This document shows positions 10,363 to 20,589 of a stretch of 64,000 nucleotides of DNA, one piece after another. Under the pieces are notes generated by a model. That model had not been told where the DNA came from and ran no database searches. It worked only from the letters and a program-made list of their open reading frames with translations. Source of the DNA: Candidatus Pacearchaeota archaeon (lineage in GTDB: Archaea > Nanobdellota > Nanobdellia > Pacearchaeales > GW2011-AR1); NCBI GenBank assembly GCA_017609755.1, contig JAFCDI010000001.1:4400-68399 (forward strand), read 5' to 3'. A program made the position numbers and the translations under genes. How positions within the stretch are numbered: position 1 is the stretch's first letter; every line of letters starts with the position of its first letter.

Positions 10363-12738
10363 TTAATTGAATTCTACTTTAAAATTTCCTTGTTTAATTT
10401 CAACTGCATTTGTTACATTTTTCAAATCATCTAAAACAGATTTTAATCTTGATTTGTCTTTTTCTTCTAGAGTTAGAATTATTTCTTTTTTCATTGAAAG
10501 ATTTTTATCTGATTTAAATTTTCTAACTCTAAATAAAATACTTTCAAATAATTCTCCAGTTTTTTCAATTTTTTTATTAAATTTGAGATTTATTTCTGGC
10601 CATTTAGAAATATGAATACTCTTTTCTTTTTCATATTTTTTATAATATTTTTGATAAATTTCTTCTGTAATAAAGGGAGTTATAGGAGCAATCATTTTTA
10701 AAATAGCTAAAAGAGATTCATATAAAACATATTGAGCTGACAATTTTTTGTCTCCTTCTTCATTATAAATTCTTCTCTTAATTATTTCTAAATAATTGTC
10801 ACAAAAAACTTTCCAAAAAAATTCTTCTACTTCTCTTTTAGCACTAGCAATATTATAATTCATATAATTTTTTTTGACTTTCTCAATAACTTTAGAAAGT
10901 CTTTGTAACATATCTATGTCAATTTCCTCTAGTTTCTTAGGTTTTTTTCTGGAATAATTATTTAGATTAATAAAAACAAAATTAGAAGCATTCTCTAATT
11001 TAGTTAAAAATCTTTTCCCAGAAACCAAATCTTTTTCTTTAAATGAAATATCTGCTCCAAGACTTGCTGTTCCAACCCAATATCTCAAGGCATCTACTCC
11101 ATATTTTTCAATTAATTCATCTGCCCAAACAACATTTCCTTTACTTTTAGACATTCCTTTTCCTCTTTCATCTAAAACATAAGTTCCAATCATTACTCTT
11201 TCCCAGGGTTTTCTATTAAACAATAAATGACTTTTTAAAATAGTATAAAATGCCCAAGTTCTAATTATATCATGAGATTGAGACCTTAAAGACATTGGAG
11301 TTATTTTTTTATAGTTCTTTGAATCTTCCAACCATTTACAAGCAATTTCAGGAGTATTTGAAGATATCATCCAAGTATCAAAAACATCAGAATCAGGAAC
11401 TGCTAATTTTCCACATTTAGGACAAGTTTTTTTATGTTCTAAAGGGTCTAAAGGCAATTCTTCTTTCTTAGGTAAAATAATTTCATTGCAAGTTTCACAA
11501 TACCAAACAGGAATAGGAACACCATAATATCTCTGTCTTGAAATAATCCAATCCCATTTTAAATTTTCAGTCCAATTTTCAAATCTTAATCTCATAAATT
11601 CAGGCATCCACTTAATCTCTCTAGCTCTTTTAATTAATTCTTTTTTATATTTTAAAGTCTTAACAAACCATTGATTTGTAACTAAATACTCTACAGGAGT
11701 ATTACATCTCCAACATACTCCAACAATTTGCTCTAAATTCTCTAATTTTTTTAATCTTTCCTGTTTTCTCAAATCTTCTAAAGTTTTTTCTCTTGCTTTT
11801 TTAATATCTAATCCAGAATAATTTCCTGCTAATTCATTTAGAGTTCCATCTGAATTTAAAATTGATTTAAGTTCTAATCTATACTTCTTCCACCATTCAA
11901 TATCTGTGGAATCTCCAAAAGTACAAATCATTACAACTCCTGTTCCAAAATTCTTATCAACCTTTTCATCAGCTCTAATTTCAACTTTTTGATTAAAAAG
12001 AGGAACAATTAATTTTTTTCCAATTAATTTTTTATATCTCTTATCATCTGGATGAACAAAAATTCCTACACAAGCCGCTAAAAATTCAGGACGAGTTGTT
12101 GCAATTGTTATTTTTTTGTTTTCTTCAGAAACATCAAAATCAATATAATGTAATAGAGTTTTTCTAGTTAAATCCTCGACTTCTGCTTGAGCTAGAGCAG
12201 TTTCATGATAAGGACACCAAATAACTGGCTCTTCTTTTCTATAACAATCTTCTTTTTTTATTAATTCTAAAAAAGCTGTTTGAGCTACTTTTTGAGATTC
12301 AGGAGAAATTGTTTTGTAAATTAAATTCCAATCATAACTATGCCCTAATTTTTTAAACACTCTATTTACATAATCTTGTTCAACTCTCTGACTCTCTTTT
12401 AAACAGAGTTTTCTAAATTCTGCTCTGTTTGTTTTAGATTTATTAATTCCTAATTTTTCTTCAACATATTTTTCAGTAGGAAGTCCATTATCATCAAAAC
12501 CAAGAGAAAAATAAACCTCATAACCCATTTGTCTTCTAAATCTGGCAATTATTTCAAATTGAGTATAATGCAGAGCATGTCCTACATGAAGATGTCCTGA
12601 TGAAGCATATGGAGGAGGAGTATCAATAGAATAAATTTTCTTTTTAGAGTTAGGATTAAATTTATAAATTTCTTGTTTTTCCCAATAATTTCTCCATTTT
12701 TCTTCTATTTCTTTTAAATTCAAATTATCTTTTGACAT
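10363..12738 (-). CDS. valS: valyl-tRNA synthetase
   Basis: DTPPPY..GHLHVGH, ATTRPE, DWIISRQR, GMSKSKGN. Confidence 0.96.
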   Translation of the reverse strand: MSKDNLNLKEIEEKWRNYWEKQEIYKFNPNSKKKIYSIDTPPPYASSGHLHVGHALHYTQFEIIARFRRQMGYEVYFSLGFDDNGLPTEKYVEEKLGINKSKTNRAEFRKLCLKESQRVEQDYVNRVFKKLGHSYDWNLIYKTISPESQKVAQTAFLELIKKEDCYRKEEPVIWCPYHETALAQAEVEDLTRKTLLHYIDFDVSEENKKITIATTRPEFLAACVGIFVHPDDKRYKKLIGKKLIVPLFNQKVEIRADEKVDKNFGTGVVMICTFGDSTDIEWWKKYRLELKSILNSDGTLNELAGNYSGLDIKKAREKTLEDLRKQERLKKLENLEQIVGVCWRCNTPVEYLVTNQWFVKTLKYKKELIKRAREIKWMPEFMRLRFENWTENLKWDWIISRQRYYGVPIPVWYCETCNEIILPKKEELPLDPLEHKKTCPKCGKLAVPDSDVFDTWMISSNTPEIACKWLEDSKNYKKITPMSLRSQSHDIIRTWAFYTILKSHLLFNRKPWERVMIGTYVLDERGKGMSKSKGNVVWADELIEKYGVDALRYWVGTASLGADISFKEKDLVSGKRFLTKLENASNFVFINLNNYSRKKPKKLEEIDIDMLQRLSKVIEKVKKNYMNYNIASAKREVEEFFWKVFCDNYLEIIKRRIYNEEGDKKLSAQYVLYESLLAILKMIAPITPFITEEIYQKYYKKYEKEKSIHISKWPEINLKFNKKIEKTGELFESILFRVRKFKSDKNLSMKKEIILTLEEKDKSRLKSVLDDLKNVTNAVEIKQGNFKVEFN

Positions 12739-12831
12739 AAATAATTAAGAAAATTCCAGTTAATAAAAGTTGGGGTAATAAAAATTAAAACTTATAAAAA
12801 ACCTTAAATAGTCACTAAAACTCTCTAAATT

Positions 12832-12987
12832 ATGGTAAATAATAAAATAAACATGCCTGCTGGATTTGGCGGGTTAATGAGATATTCAGAAGAGTATGAA
12901 AGTAAATTTAATCTAAAACCAACTCATGTAGTTGCGTTTATAATTCTAATAATTGTTATGAGAATTGTTTTACCTTTAATATTTTGA
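12832..12987 (+). CDS. secG: preprotein translocase Sec61-beta subunit, absent from the ORF track
   Basis: MVNNKINMPAGFGGLMRYSEEYESKFNLKPTHVV followed by a C-terminal TM. Confidence 0.88.
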   Translation: MVNNKINMPAGFGGLMRYSEEYESKFNLKPTHVVAFIILIIVMRIVLPLIF

Positions 12988-12989
12988 AA

Positions 12990-13319
12990 ATGTTTCCTGG
13001 ACTAAATCCTAAAAAAATGCAAGCAATGATGAAGCAAATGGGAATTGCTCAAGAAGATATTCCCTCTTCAAGAGTTATTATTGAAAAAATAGATAATTCT
13101 AGAATAATTATTGAAAATCCTTCTGTAACAAAAGTAAAAATGCAAGGACAAGAAACATTTCAAATTGCAGGAAATATTTCTGAGGAAAATGAAGAAATAG
13201 GAATTTCAGAAGAAGATATTAAAACAATTGTAGAAAAAACAGGAGTTTCAGAAGAAAAAGCAAAAGAAAGTTTAGAAAAAACAGGTGATCTCGCTGAAGC
13301 TATTTTAGAGCTAAGCTAG
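12990..13319 (+). CDS. nac: nascent polypeptide-associated complex protein
   Basis: NPKKMQAMMKQMGI, GQETFQIAG and UBA-like GDLAEAILEL. Confidence 0.93.
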   Translation: MFPGLNPKKMQAMMKQMGIAQEDIPSSRVIIEKIDNSRIIIENPSVTKVKMQGQETFQIAGNISEENEEIGISEEDIKTIVEKTGVSEEKAKESLEKTGDLAEAILELS

Positions 13320-13369
13320 TAATTTTAAATCACCAAAATCCATATTAATTTCAAATACTTCTAAAAAAC

Positions 13370-13834
13370 ATGGAAAAAATCTTTGAAAATCTAGAAAAAT
13401 CAGAAAAAAGCTTTCAAACTGCAAGCCATCTTTTGTATGTAACTTATTCTCTTGTAAGAGATAAAAATCTTTTATTAAAAATTTTAACAGAAATAAAAAT
13501 AGGAATTGCAAGCTGCATTAATGCAATACTTCAATATGAATATCTCTATGCAAGAATTAGACTTTCTAGTAATTCTCAAATAAATTTTAAAACATTTATA
13601 GAAAAGTGCTATTCTAGATATAATCTCTCAGAAACGGATATAAAAAGAATTAAAAAAATATTTGATTTAGTTGAAAAACATAAAAAAAGTCCTTTTGAAT
13701 TTTCAAAACAAGAAAAAATAGTTATTTTATCAGAGAATATGAATTCTGAAATAATAACTCTAGAAATAATAAAAGGATTTCTAGAAACATTTAAAAAAAT
13801 TTTAGAAAACGCAAAAACCACAATTTTAAGATAA
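13370..13834 (+). CDS. hypothetical helical protein (paralog 1)
   Basis: TASHLLYVT motif shared with the next gene. Confidence 0.7.
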   Translation: MEKIFENLEKSEKSFQTASHLLYVTYSLVRDKNLLLKILTEIKIGIASCINAILQYEYLYARIRLSSNSQINFKTFIEKCYSRYNLSETDIKRIKKIFDLVEKHKKSPFEFSKQEKIVILSENMNSEIITLEIIKGFLETFKKILENAKTTILR

Positions 13835-13882
13835 ATATAAAAACCCTCTAATCTTAGTTAGATTTACTTCTAAAATAAAAAG

Positions 13883-14323
13883 ATGGAAGACATTATACAA
13901 GAAAAAATTAGTGCAGATCATTTACTTTATGTTAGTCTGAAGTATACTAAAACTTGTGATGTAATTTTAAATTTGCTTCTTAGATGGAGAAAAATGATTG
14001 AAACAAGCATTAATGAAATATTAAAACATGCAAAAAAGAAAAAAAGAATTTCTTCTATTTCTTCAAATGTTGTTGGAAAAATAGAACAAATAAAAAAACT
14101 CTTCAAAAAAAATAAAGAATTTCTAGAAGTCATTGAATTATATGAAATGTTAAGAAAAATTGAAGATCTTAGAAAAGAAAGAATAGGAGAATTCAGAAAA
14201 AATGTTACATTAAAAATTATGTATAAAGGAAAGGAAATTCCTATTAATTTGGAACAACTAAAAATTTATGCTGATTTATTAGAGAAATTTATAAATACCA
14301 CAAAAAACTTTTTGAATTCTTAG
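13883..14323 (+). CDS. hypothetical helical protein (paralog 2)
   Basis: SADHLLYVS motif. Confidence 0.7.
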   Translation: MEDIIQEKISADHLLYVSLKYTKTCDVILNLLLRWRKMIETSINEILKHAKKKKRISSISSNVVGKIEQIKKLFKKNKEFLEVIELYEMLRKIEDLRKERIGEFRKNVTLKIMYKGKEIPINLEQLKIYADLLEKFINTTKNFLNS

Positions 14324-14407
14324 AATACCAAAAAGCTTTAAATATATGTAAATTTAAAAAATATAAAGAAAAGTTTTATATTTTAAAATAAAAGTTTCTT
14401 ACAACAA

Positions 14408-15181
14408 ATGCAAAAAATAGTAGTTATAACATCAGGAAAAGGAGGTGTTGGAAAAACAACAACAGCAATAAATCTAGGAGCAGCTATGAATTATTTTGGA
14501 AAAGATGTTTTAGTTATTGATGCGAATTTATCAACGCCAAATGTAGGAATACATTTAAATTCTCCTGAAGTTCCAGTAAATCTTAATCATATTTTATCAG
14601 AAAAAGCAGATGTTTCTGAAGCTGTATATGAGCACGAATCTGGATTAAAAATTTTACCCTCTTCTCTTTCTATAAAAGAATTAAAAAGATTAAAACCAGA
14701 AAAATTAAAAAATTTTAAAAAAGATTTTGAAAAACTTGCAGATTATATTATAATAGATAGTGCTGCAGGATTAGGTCATGAAGCTCAAGCAGTAATTGAA
14801 ATGGCAGATGAATTAATTATTGTCACAAATCCTGAAATGCCTGCAATTGTAGATGCATTAAAAGCAATTAAATTAGCAGAGCAAAATAAAAAACCTATTC
14901 TAGGAGTTATTGTTACTCGTGTTAAAAAAAATGATATTGAAATGCAAGCAGAAACAGTAAAAGAAATGTTAGAAATTCCTGTTTTAGGAATGATTCCAGA
15001 AGATTTGATTATGCAAAAAGCTCTAAAAGAAAAAGATGCTGTAGTTCATGTTTATCCAAAAAGTAGGCCATCAAAAGCCTATAAAGAAATTGCTGCAAGA
15101 CTTATTGATGAGATTTATGATTCTGACAAAGATAAAGAAAAATTTTTAGAAAGATTGTTTAAAAAATTAAGATTCAAATAA
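14408..15181 (+). CDS. minD: MinD-family ATPase
   Basis: SGKGGVGKTT, IDSAAG and a C-terminal amphipathic FLERLFKKLRFK. Confidence 0.92.
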   Translation: MQKIVVITSGKGGVGKTTTAINLGAAMNYFGKDVLVIDANLSTPNVGIHLNSPEVPVNLNHILSEKADVSEAVYEHESGLKILPSSLSIKELKRLKPEKLKNFKKDFEKLADYIIIDSAAGLGHEAQAVIEMADELIIVTNPEMPAIVDALKAIKLAEQNKKPILGVIVTRVKKNDIEMQAETVKEMLEIPVLGMIPEDLIMQKALKEKDAVVHVYPKSRPSKAYKEIAARLIDEIYDSDKDKEKFLERLFKKLRFK

Positions 15182-15182
15182 A

Positions 15183-15530
15183 ATGGAAGAAAATATTGGT
15201 TTTAGTGAATGGCAAAAATTAGATTTAAGAGTTGGAGAAATTATAGAAATAAAAGAAATTGAAAATGCAGATAAATTATATGAGCTAATTATAAATCTTG
15301 GAAAAGAAAAAAGAACTCTAGTAGCAGGATTAAAAGAATTCTATTCAAGAGAACAACTAAAAAATAAAAAAGTTATAGTATTTACTAATCTTGAGCCTAA
15401 AAAATTAAGAGGAATTGAAAGTCAGGGAATGCTTTTAGCTGCTGTCTCATACGATGAACATAACAATGAGAAAAGTGTTAGACTTCTTCAACCAGATGGA
15501 GAAATAGAGGTCGGAAGCAGAATTAGTTAA
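15183..15530 (+). CDS. stand-alone tRNA-binding OB domain (MetRS C-domain/Trbp111/CsaA-like)
   Basis: KLDLRVGEI, ADKLY, NLEPKKLRGIESQGMLLAA. Confidence 0.9.
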   Translation: MEENIGFSEWQKLDLRVGEIIEIKEIENADKLYELIINLGKEKRTLVAGLKEFYSREQLKNKKVIVFTNLEPKKLRGIESQGMLLAAVSYDEHNNEKSVRLLQPDGEIEVGSRIS

Positions 15531-16921
15531 ATCTTTCTAAACAAAATATCTTCTTTCTCAATCTTCTTTGCACTAAATTGTTTAGAAATTTTTTCAGCAG
15601 AACTAGGAATAAAAGGTAAAAGTAACTCAGAAATTTTTAAAATACTTTCTTTTAATTCATAAAGTGATTTTTTATCTTTTGTTTCCCAAATTTTCTTAGA
15701 CTGAACATATTCATTGCAAATATCAATAAATGCAAATATTTCATTCAAAGCTTTATCAAATTTAAAATCTTCAATTAATCTGTCTATTTTCTTAGCATCT
15801 AATTTTTTAATTAATTTATTTTCACATTTTGTAGTTCCATTTTTTTCAATTAATCCAGCAACTCGACTAACTAAATTTCCTAATTTATTTGCAAGTTCAT
15901 TGTTATGTCTTGCAATTAAAGCCTTTTCAGAAAAATCTCCATCTTCTCCAAAAGGAAAATGTCTTAAGCAAAAATATCTTACACTATCTGCTCCATATTT
16001 TTCTACTAAAATTTTCGGAGAAATTGCATTTCCTAATGATTTTGAGATTTTCTGTCCATTAAAAGTTAAAAAACCATGATTAAAAGTAGTTAAAGGTAAT
16101 TTAATTTCTGCTGATTTCAACATAGCAGGCCAATAAACACAATGAAACCAAGTATTATCTTTTCCAAGTAAATGAAGGTTGGCAGGCCAAAATCTCTCTT
16201 TTCCTTTTTTTCTAGTAGCACTATAATAATTGACTAATGCATCAAACCAAACATAAACTACATGGCTTTTATCTAATGGAAATTCAATTCCCCAATCAAA
16301 ATTTGTTCTTGATATACTTAAATCCTGTAAGCCCTCTTTAACTCTACTAATTATCTCATTTCTTTTTGCTCTAGGCAAAATAAATTCTGGAGATTTTTTA
16401 TATAAATCTAAAAGAAATTTAGAATATTTTGAAAGTCTAAAAAAATAACTTGCTTCTCTTAATTTTTCTAGTTTTTTGTTATGAATTGGGCAAATAAAAT
16501 TTGGAGCTTCTCTTTCTGTATAATAAGCCTCACAATCAGTGCAATAATATCCTTCGTATTCTCCTAAATAAATATCTCCTGCCTTATTACATTTTTCTAT
16601 AAATTTTTTAACAATTTGTTCATGGTCTAAATCAGTTGTTCTAATAAATCTATCTGGAATTATGTTCAAACTTTTCCAAGCTTCTTTAAATTTCTCTGAA
16701 ATCTCATCTACAAATTTCTTAACTGGTGTTCCTGCTTTGTCAGCTGCTCTTTGAACTTTTTTTCCATGCTCGTCTGTTCCAGTTACAAAAAAAACTTCTT
16801 CTCCTTTTAATCTATGCCATCTTGCAAGGACATCAGCTACAATTTTCTGATATGCATGTCCTATATGAGGTTCTGCATTCACATAATCTATTGCAGTTGT
16901 AACATAAAATTTATTTTTCAT
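15527..16921 (-). CDS. metG: methionyl-tRNA synthetase, short form
   Basis: FYVTTAIDY..PHIGH, TGTDEHG, CTDC..CPIH knuckle, YVWFDAL, KISKSLGN. Confidence 0.96.
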   Translation of the reverse strand: MKNKFYVTTAIDYVNAEPHIGHAYQKIVADVLARWHRLKGEEVFFVTGTDEHGKKVQRAADKAGTPVKKFVDEISEKFKEAWKSLNIIPDRFIRTTDLDHEQIVKKFIEKCNKAGDIYLGEYEGYYCTDCEAYYTEREAPNFICPIHNKKLEKLREASYFFRLSKYSKFLLDLYKKSPEFILPRAKRNEIISRVKEGLQDLSISRTNFDWGIEFPLDKSHVVYVWFDALVNYYSATRKKGKERFWPANLHLLGKDNTWFHCVYWPAMLKSAEIKLPLTTFNHGFLTFNGQKISKSLGNAISPKILVEKYGADSVRYFCLRHFPFGEDGDFSEKALIARHNNELANKLGNLVSRVAGLIEKNGTTKCENKLIKKLDAKKIDRLIEDFKFDKALNEIFAFIDICNEYVQSKKIWETKDKKSLYELKESILKISELLLPFIPSSAEKISKQFSAKKIEKEDILFRKI

Positions 16922-16994
16922 TTTGTATTTCGCAAAGCCTATGAATAATGGCTTTTCATAGAAATAAATTAACTTTGAATATATTTAAAACTAC

Positions 16995-17381
16995 TTATTT
17001 TTCATAGAGATTTGCAACATAATCCTCAATATTTCCTCTTTTTCTCTCAATTAAATCTGTATCTTTTTTTATGTTTTTAGAAACTGATTCAAAACTAACC
17101 AAACTAGGAGAATAAACTGTATCACAACTAACAAACAAATATCTAAAATTAGTTCCAACAACTTTTCCTTCTAATCTCCTTATTTCTTCAAAAGGAAAAT
17201 TCATTATTGTTTTTGAACGAATATTCTCTTTAATTTGATCTAATTTTCCTCCTCTAAATTTGTCATCCACAACCACAAAATGATATCTTACTCTCTCTTC
17301 ATTATCTGGAGAAGTCTGCCAGTTCCATCTTACATGTCTGCTATTTTTGTAAACTTTTCCCATAAATTTTAAAACTTTCAA
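16995..17381 (-). CDS. hypothetical protein
   Basis: 128-aa ORF; no motif. Confidence 0.55.
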   Translation of the reverse strand: MKVLKFMGKVYKNSRHVRWNWQTSPDNEERVRYHFVVVDDKFRGGKLDQIKENIRSKTIMNFPFEEIRRLEGKVVGTNFRYLFVSCDTVYSPSLVSFESVSKNIKKDTDLIERKRGNIEDYVANLYEK

Positions 17382-17421
17382 GAATTTATAAGAATTATTG
17401 TGTTATAAGGAAAACTTAATA

Positions 17422-18792
17422 ATGAAAAAAGAAAGAGGAATAAAAAAATTAAAACATCAGGCAAGAAGATATAGTATAAAAGAAGGAATATTTGCTTCTG
17501 CAAAAAGTGCGTTTGGAGATAAATTCATTCAACCTTTTGCAATAGCAATAAATACTAGTAGTCCTCTAGTTGCTTTAATAAGCTCTTTATCTGGATTTCT
17601 AGGTCCTTTAAGTCAATTATTTAGTGCTCAAAAACTAGGAAAAAAATCAAGGAAAAAAACAGTTCTTTTTTTTATTCTTTTAGAAACTTTAATGTGGATT
17701 CCCTTTATTTTAACAGCCATTCTTTTTTCAAAAGGAATTATAACAGGCATTCTTCCTCTGTTATTACTATTATCGTTTTCAGTATATATTATTATTTCAA
17801 ATGCTGTTTATCCTCACTGGTTTTCTTGGATGGGAGATTTGGTTGATGAAAAATATCGTGGAAAATGGTTTTCAAAAAGAAATTTATTAGTTGGAATAAC
17901 CTCTGTAGTTTTATCTATTATTTCTGCTTTTCTTTTAGATTATTTCAAACAATTAAATGCAGCAATGATTGGATTTGTTATTTTGTTTTCAGCTGCTCTA
18001 ATATGCAGATTTATTAGTTTTTTTATATTCAAAAAACAATATGAACCTAAATTAAAATTTAAAAAAGAAAACTATTTCTCTTTCTGGTCTTTTATAAAAA
18101 AAGCTCCAGAAAACAATTTTGGAAAATTTACGATCTTTAGGTCATTATTTGCTTTTGCAGGAGCAGTTTCTAGTGCTTTATGGTCTGTTTATCTTTTAAG
18201 ATATCTTGGATTTAGTTATGGAATCTATATGGTTATTTTAGTTTCTGAAGCAGCATTTTCATTGGTGTTAGTGGAATTGTGGGGGAAACTTGCAGATAAA
18301 TATGGAAATTATAAAATTCTAATTATAACCACTATGTTTTTGCCTCTGTCTCCTCTATTGTGGGTTTTACACTCTTCTCCAATATATCTAATATTTGTTC
18401 CTGCATTAGTAACTGGAATTTTTTGGGGAGGATTTGCTCTAGCATGTAGTAATTTCATATATGATAATGTAAGTAAGCAAAAAAGAAGCTTGGGAGTCTC
18501 TTATTATAATATGATGTGGGGAATTGGTGTTTCAGTAGGTGCAGGATTATCTGCTTTACTAATTAAATATCTGCCAATCTGGATTTTTGAACCAATAATT
18601 TCTATTTTTATAATTTCAACAATTTTAAGAATGATAGTAGTTGCATGGTGGATTCCAAAATTAAAAGAAGTTAGAGAAACAAAAAAATTAAGTACAAGAA
18701 ATCTAAGAAAAGCAATAGTAAAACAAATAAAGCCTACTCTAGTAGAAGAAGCTCACCAAATCAGTTCAATTGGAAATTATTTAAGAAAATAA
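17422..18792 (+). CDS. MFS transporter
   Basis: About 12 TMs; WGKLADKYG motif A; WMGDLVDEKYRGKWFS. Confidence 0.9.
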   Translation: MKKERGIKKLKHQARRYSIKEGIFASAKSAFGDKFIQPFAIAINTSSPLVALISSLSGFLGPLSQLFSAQKLGKKSRKKTVLFFILLETLMWIPFILTAILFSKGIITGILPLLLLLSFSVYIIISNAVYPHWFSWMGDLVDEKYRGKWFSKRNLLVGITSVVLSIISAFLLDYFKQLNAAMIGFVILFSAALICRFISFFIFKKQYEPKLKFKKENYFSFWSFIKKAPENNFGKFTIFRSLFAFAGAVSSALWSVYLLRYLGFSYGIYMVILVSEAAFSLVLVELWGKLADKYGNYKILIITTMFLPLSPLLWVLHSSPIYLIFVPALVTGIFWGGFALACSNFIYDNVSKQKRSLGVSYYNMMWGIGVSVGAGLSALLIKYLPIWIFEPIISIFIISTILRMIVVAWWIPKLKEVRETKKLSTRNLRKAIVKQIKPTLVEEAHQISSIGNYLRK

Positions 18793-18826
18793 TAAAATAT
18801 ATAAACAAACCTCAATAAAGAAGCAC

Positions 18827-19465
18827 ATGAAAAATAAAAAATGTAAAAGATGCGGAAAAAAAGTAAATTCAAGAAATAAATTTTGTCCTAATTGCGGATT
18901 TCCTCTAAAAAAAGAGAATTCAAAAGATTGGGGAATGTTAGGTAGAGAAGATATTGAAGAAAGAGATTCTTATTCCAATTCTCCTTTTGAAGGCATTACA
19001 GGAAATTTATTTAACAAGATGTTAGGAGGAGCAATAAAAATGTTAGAAAAAGAAATGAAAAAAGAAATGAAAAAAGAAAGAGAATATCCAAAAACAAATG
19101 TAAGATTAATGATAAATGGAAAAGAAATTAATTTAAAAGAATTAAATAAAAAAGAAAAAGCTGAAAAAAAAGAAAAAGTTTTAGATGATTTCTCAAAAAA
19201 TGAATTAAAAAACTTCTCAAAACTTCCAAAAAAAGAACCTAAAACAAATATAAAAAGATTATCTGACACTCTTATTTATGAAATAAGTTTGCCTGGAGTA
19301 AAATCAATAAAAGAAATTTCAATAAGAAAACTCGAAAAAAGCATTGAAATTAGAGCAGTTTCAAAAGATAAAGCATATTCTAAGATAATTCCAGTAAATC
19401 TTCCTATTTTAGATTATGAATTAGAAAAAGGAAAATTAATTCTTGAATTAGAAACTAAAAATTAA
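18827..19465 (+). CDS. zinc-ribbon + Hsp20/alpha-crystallin-like protein
   Basis: CKRCG...FCPNCG; EISLPGV...GKLILEL. Confidence 0.75.
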   Translation: MKNKKCKRCGKKVNSRNKFCPNCGFPLKKENSKDWGMLGREDIEERDSYSNSPFEGITGNLFNKMLGGAIKMLEKEMKKEMKKEREYPKTNVRLMINGKEINLKELNKKEKAEKKEKVLDDFSKNELKNFSKLPKKEPKTNIKRLSDTLIYEISLPGVKSIKEISIRKLEKSIEIRAVSKDKAYSKIIPVNLPILDYELEKGKLILELETKN

Positions 19466-19504
19466 AGAAAACCTTTAAATAATCTTTCTCAATCAAATAT
19501 TCAT

Positions 19505-19596
19505 GAGGCTGTAGCTCAGCCTGGTTAGAGCACTACTCTGATAATAAAAGAAAATCAGATAGGTAGGGGTCCACGGTTCAAATCCGTGCAGCCTCA
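19505..19596 (+). tRNA. tRNA-Ile(GAU) with a 17-nt intron at 37/38 (19544-19560)
   Basis: Acceptor GAGGCTG/CAGCCTC, D arm GCTC/GAGC, loop CT-GAT-A, T loop TTCAAAT; CTGA/TCAG splice helix. Confidence 0.93.
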
Positions 19597-19636
19597 TACT
19601 CATTAACTTTAAATACTAAAAAAATTCACGTTTAAC

Positions 19637-20209
19637 ATGGCAAAAGGAATGTATCATAAAATAAAAGAAGCCTGGAAAAAACCAGATAAAAAAACTTTAA
19701 GAGAAAGAATGATAGAATGGAGAAAATCTGGAGTTTTTACAAAAGTAGAGAAACCACTTAGATTAGATAGAGCAAGAGCTTTAGGATACAAAGCAAAAAA
19801 AGGATTTGTAATAATAAGAATAAGAATAAAAAGAGGAGGACATAAAAGACCAAGACCAAACAAAGGAAGAAGAAGCAAAAGATTACATGCTAGAAAAAAT
19901 CTAAAAATGAATTATAAATGGATTGCAGAACAAAGAGTTGGAAACAAATACAAAAATTTAGAGATATTAAATTCATATTTAATTGGAAAAGACGGAGTAA
20001 ATTATTTCTATGAAGTAATTTGTGTAGACTCCTCTAAACCTGAAATTAAAAAAGATAATACAATAAATTGGATTACAAAAAAAGCAAATAAAAAAAGAGT
20101 AAATAGAGGATTAACTTCTGCTGCTAAAAAATCAAGAGGATTAAGAAATAAATCTCCTACTTCAAAAACTCGTCCAAGTGTAAGGGCAGGAAAAAGAAGA
20201 GGAAAATAA
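19637..20209 (+). CDS. rpl15e: 50S ribosomal protein L15e
   Basis: RLDRARALGYKAKKG, LNSY, RGLTSA.KKSRGL. Confidence 0.97.
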   Translation: MAKGMYHKIKEAWKKPDKKTLRERMIEWRKSGVFTKVEKPLRLDRARALGYKAKKGFVIIRIRIKRGGHKRPRPNKGRRSKRLHARKNLKMNYKWIAEQRVGNKYKNLEILNSYLIGKDGVNYFYEVICVDSSKPEIKKDNTINWITKKANKKRVNRGLTSAAKKSRGLRNKSPTSKTRPSVRAGKRRGK

Positions 20210-20289
20210 TTCTCTAACCAACTAGTAGTTGCAAATACTTATAAATAAAATTTTCAAAGAATTATTAAATTAAAAAAAGGAGGAAAAAA

Positions 20290-20571
20290 ATGTTATCTAA
20301 ATTTCCAATAGATTTAGAAAAAGTTCCAAAAGAAAACATTGATAAAGAAATTCTTAGATTAGGAATAATTGCAGAATTAGATGCAATAAGTCTATATGAA
20401 CAACTTGCAGCATATGCACAAGATGAGCATGTAAAAAAAGTTATGTTAGATGTTGCAAAAGAAGAAAAAGAACATGTTGGAGAATTTCAGACACTTCTTT
20501 TTGAAAAAGATCCTGAACAAGTAGAAGAGTATGAAGAAGGAAAAAAAGAAGTTGAAGAAATGAGAAAATAA
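20290..20571 (+). CDS. encapsulated-ferritin-like (EncFtn/Flp) protein, stand-alone
   Basis: IIAELDAISLYEQ...DVAKEEKEHVGEF; SD AGGAGG upstream. Confidence 0.85.
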   Translation: MLSKFPIDLEKVPKENIDKEILRLGIIAELDAISLYEQLAAYAQDEHVKKVMLDVAKEEKEHVGEFQTLLFEKDPEQVEEYEEGKKEVEEMRK

Positions 20572-20589
20572 TTATTAATTTTTTCAAAA

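Noticed and set aside
16934-16955. AAAGCC/GGCTTT hairpin and 6-codon mini-ORF upstream of metG as an attenuator
   Set aside because: A 6-bp stem is expected by chance, and the peptide has no run of Met codons.
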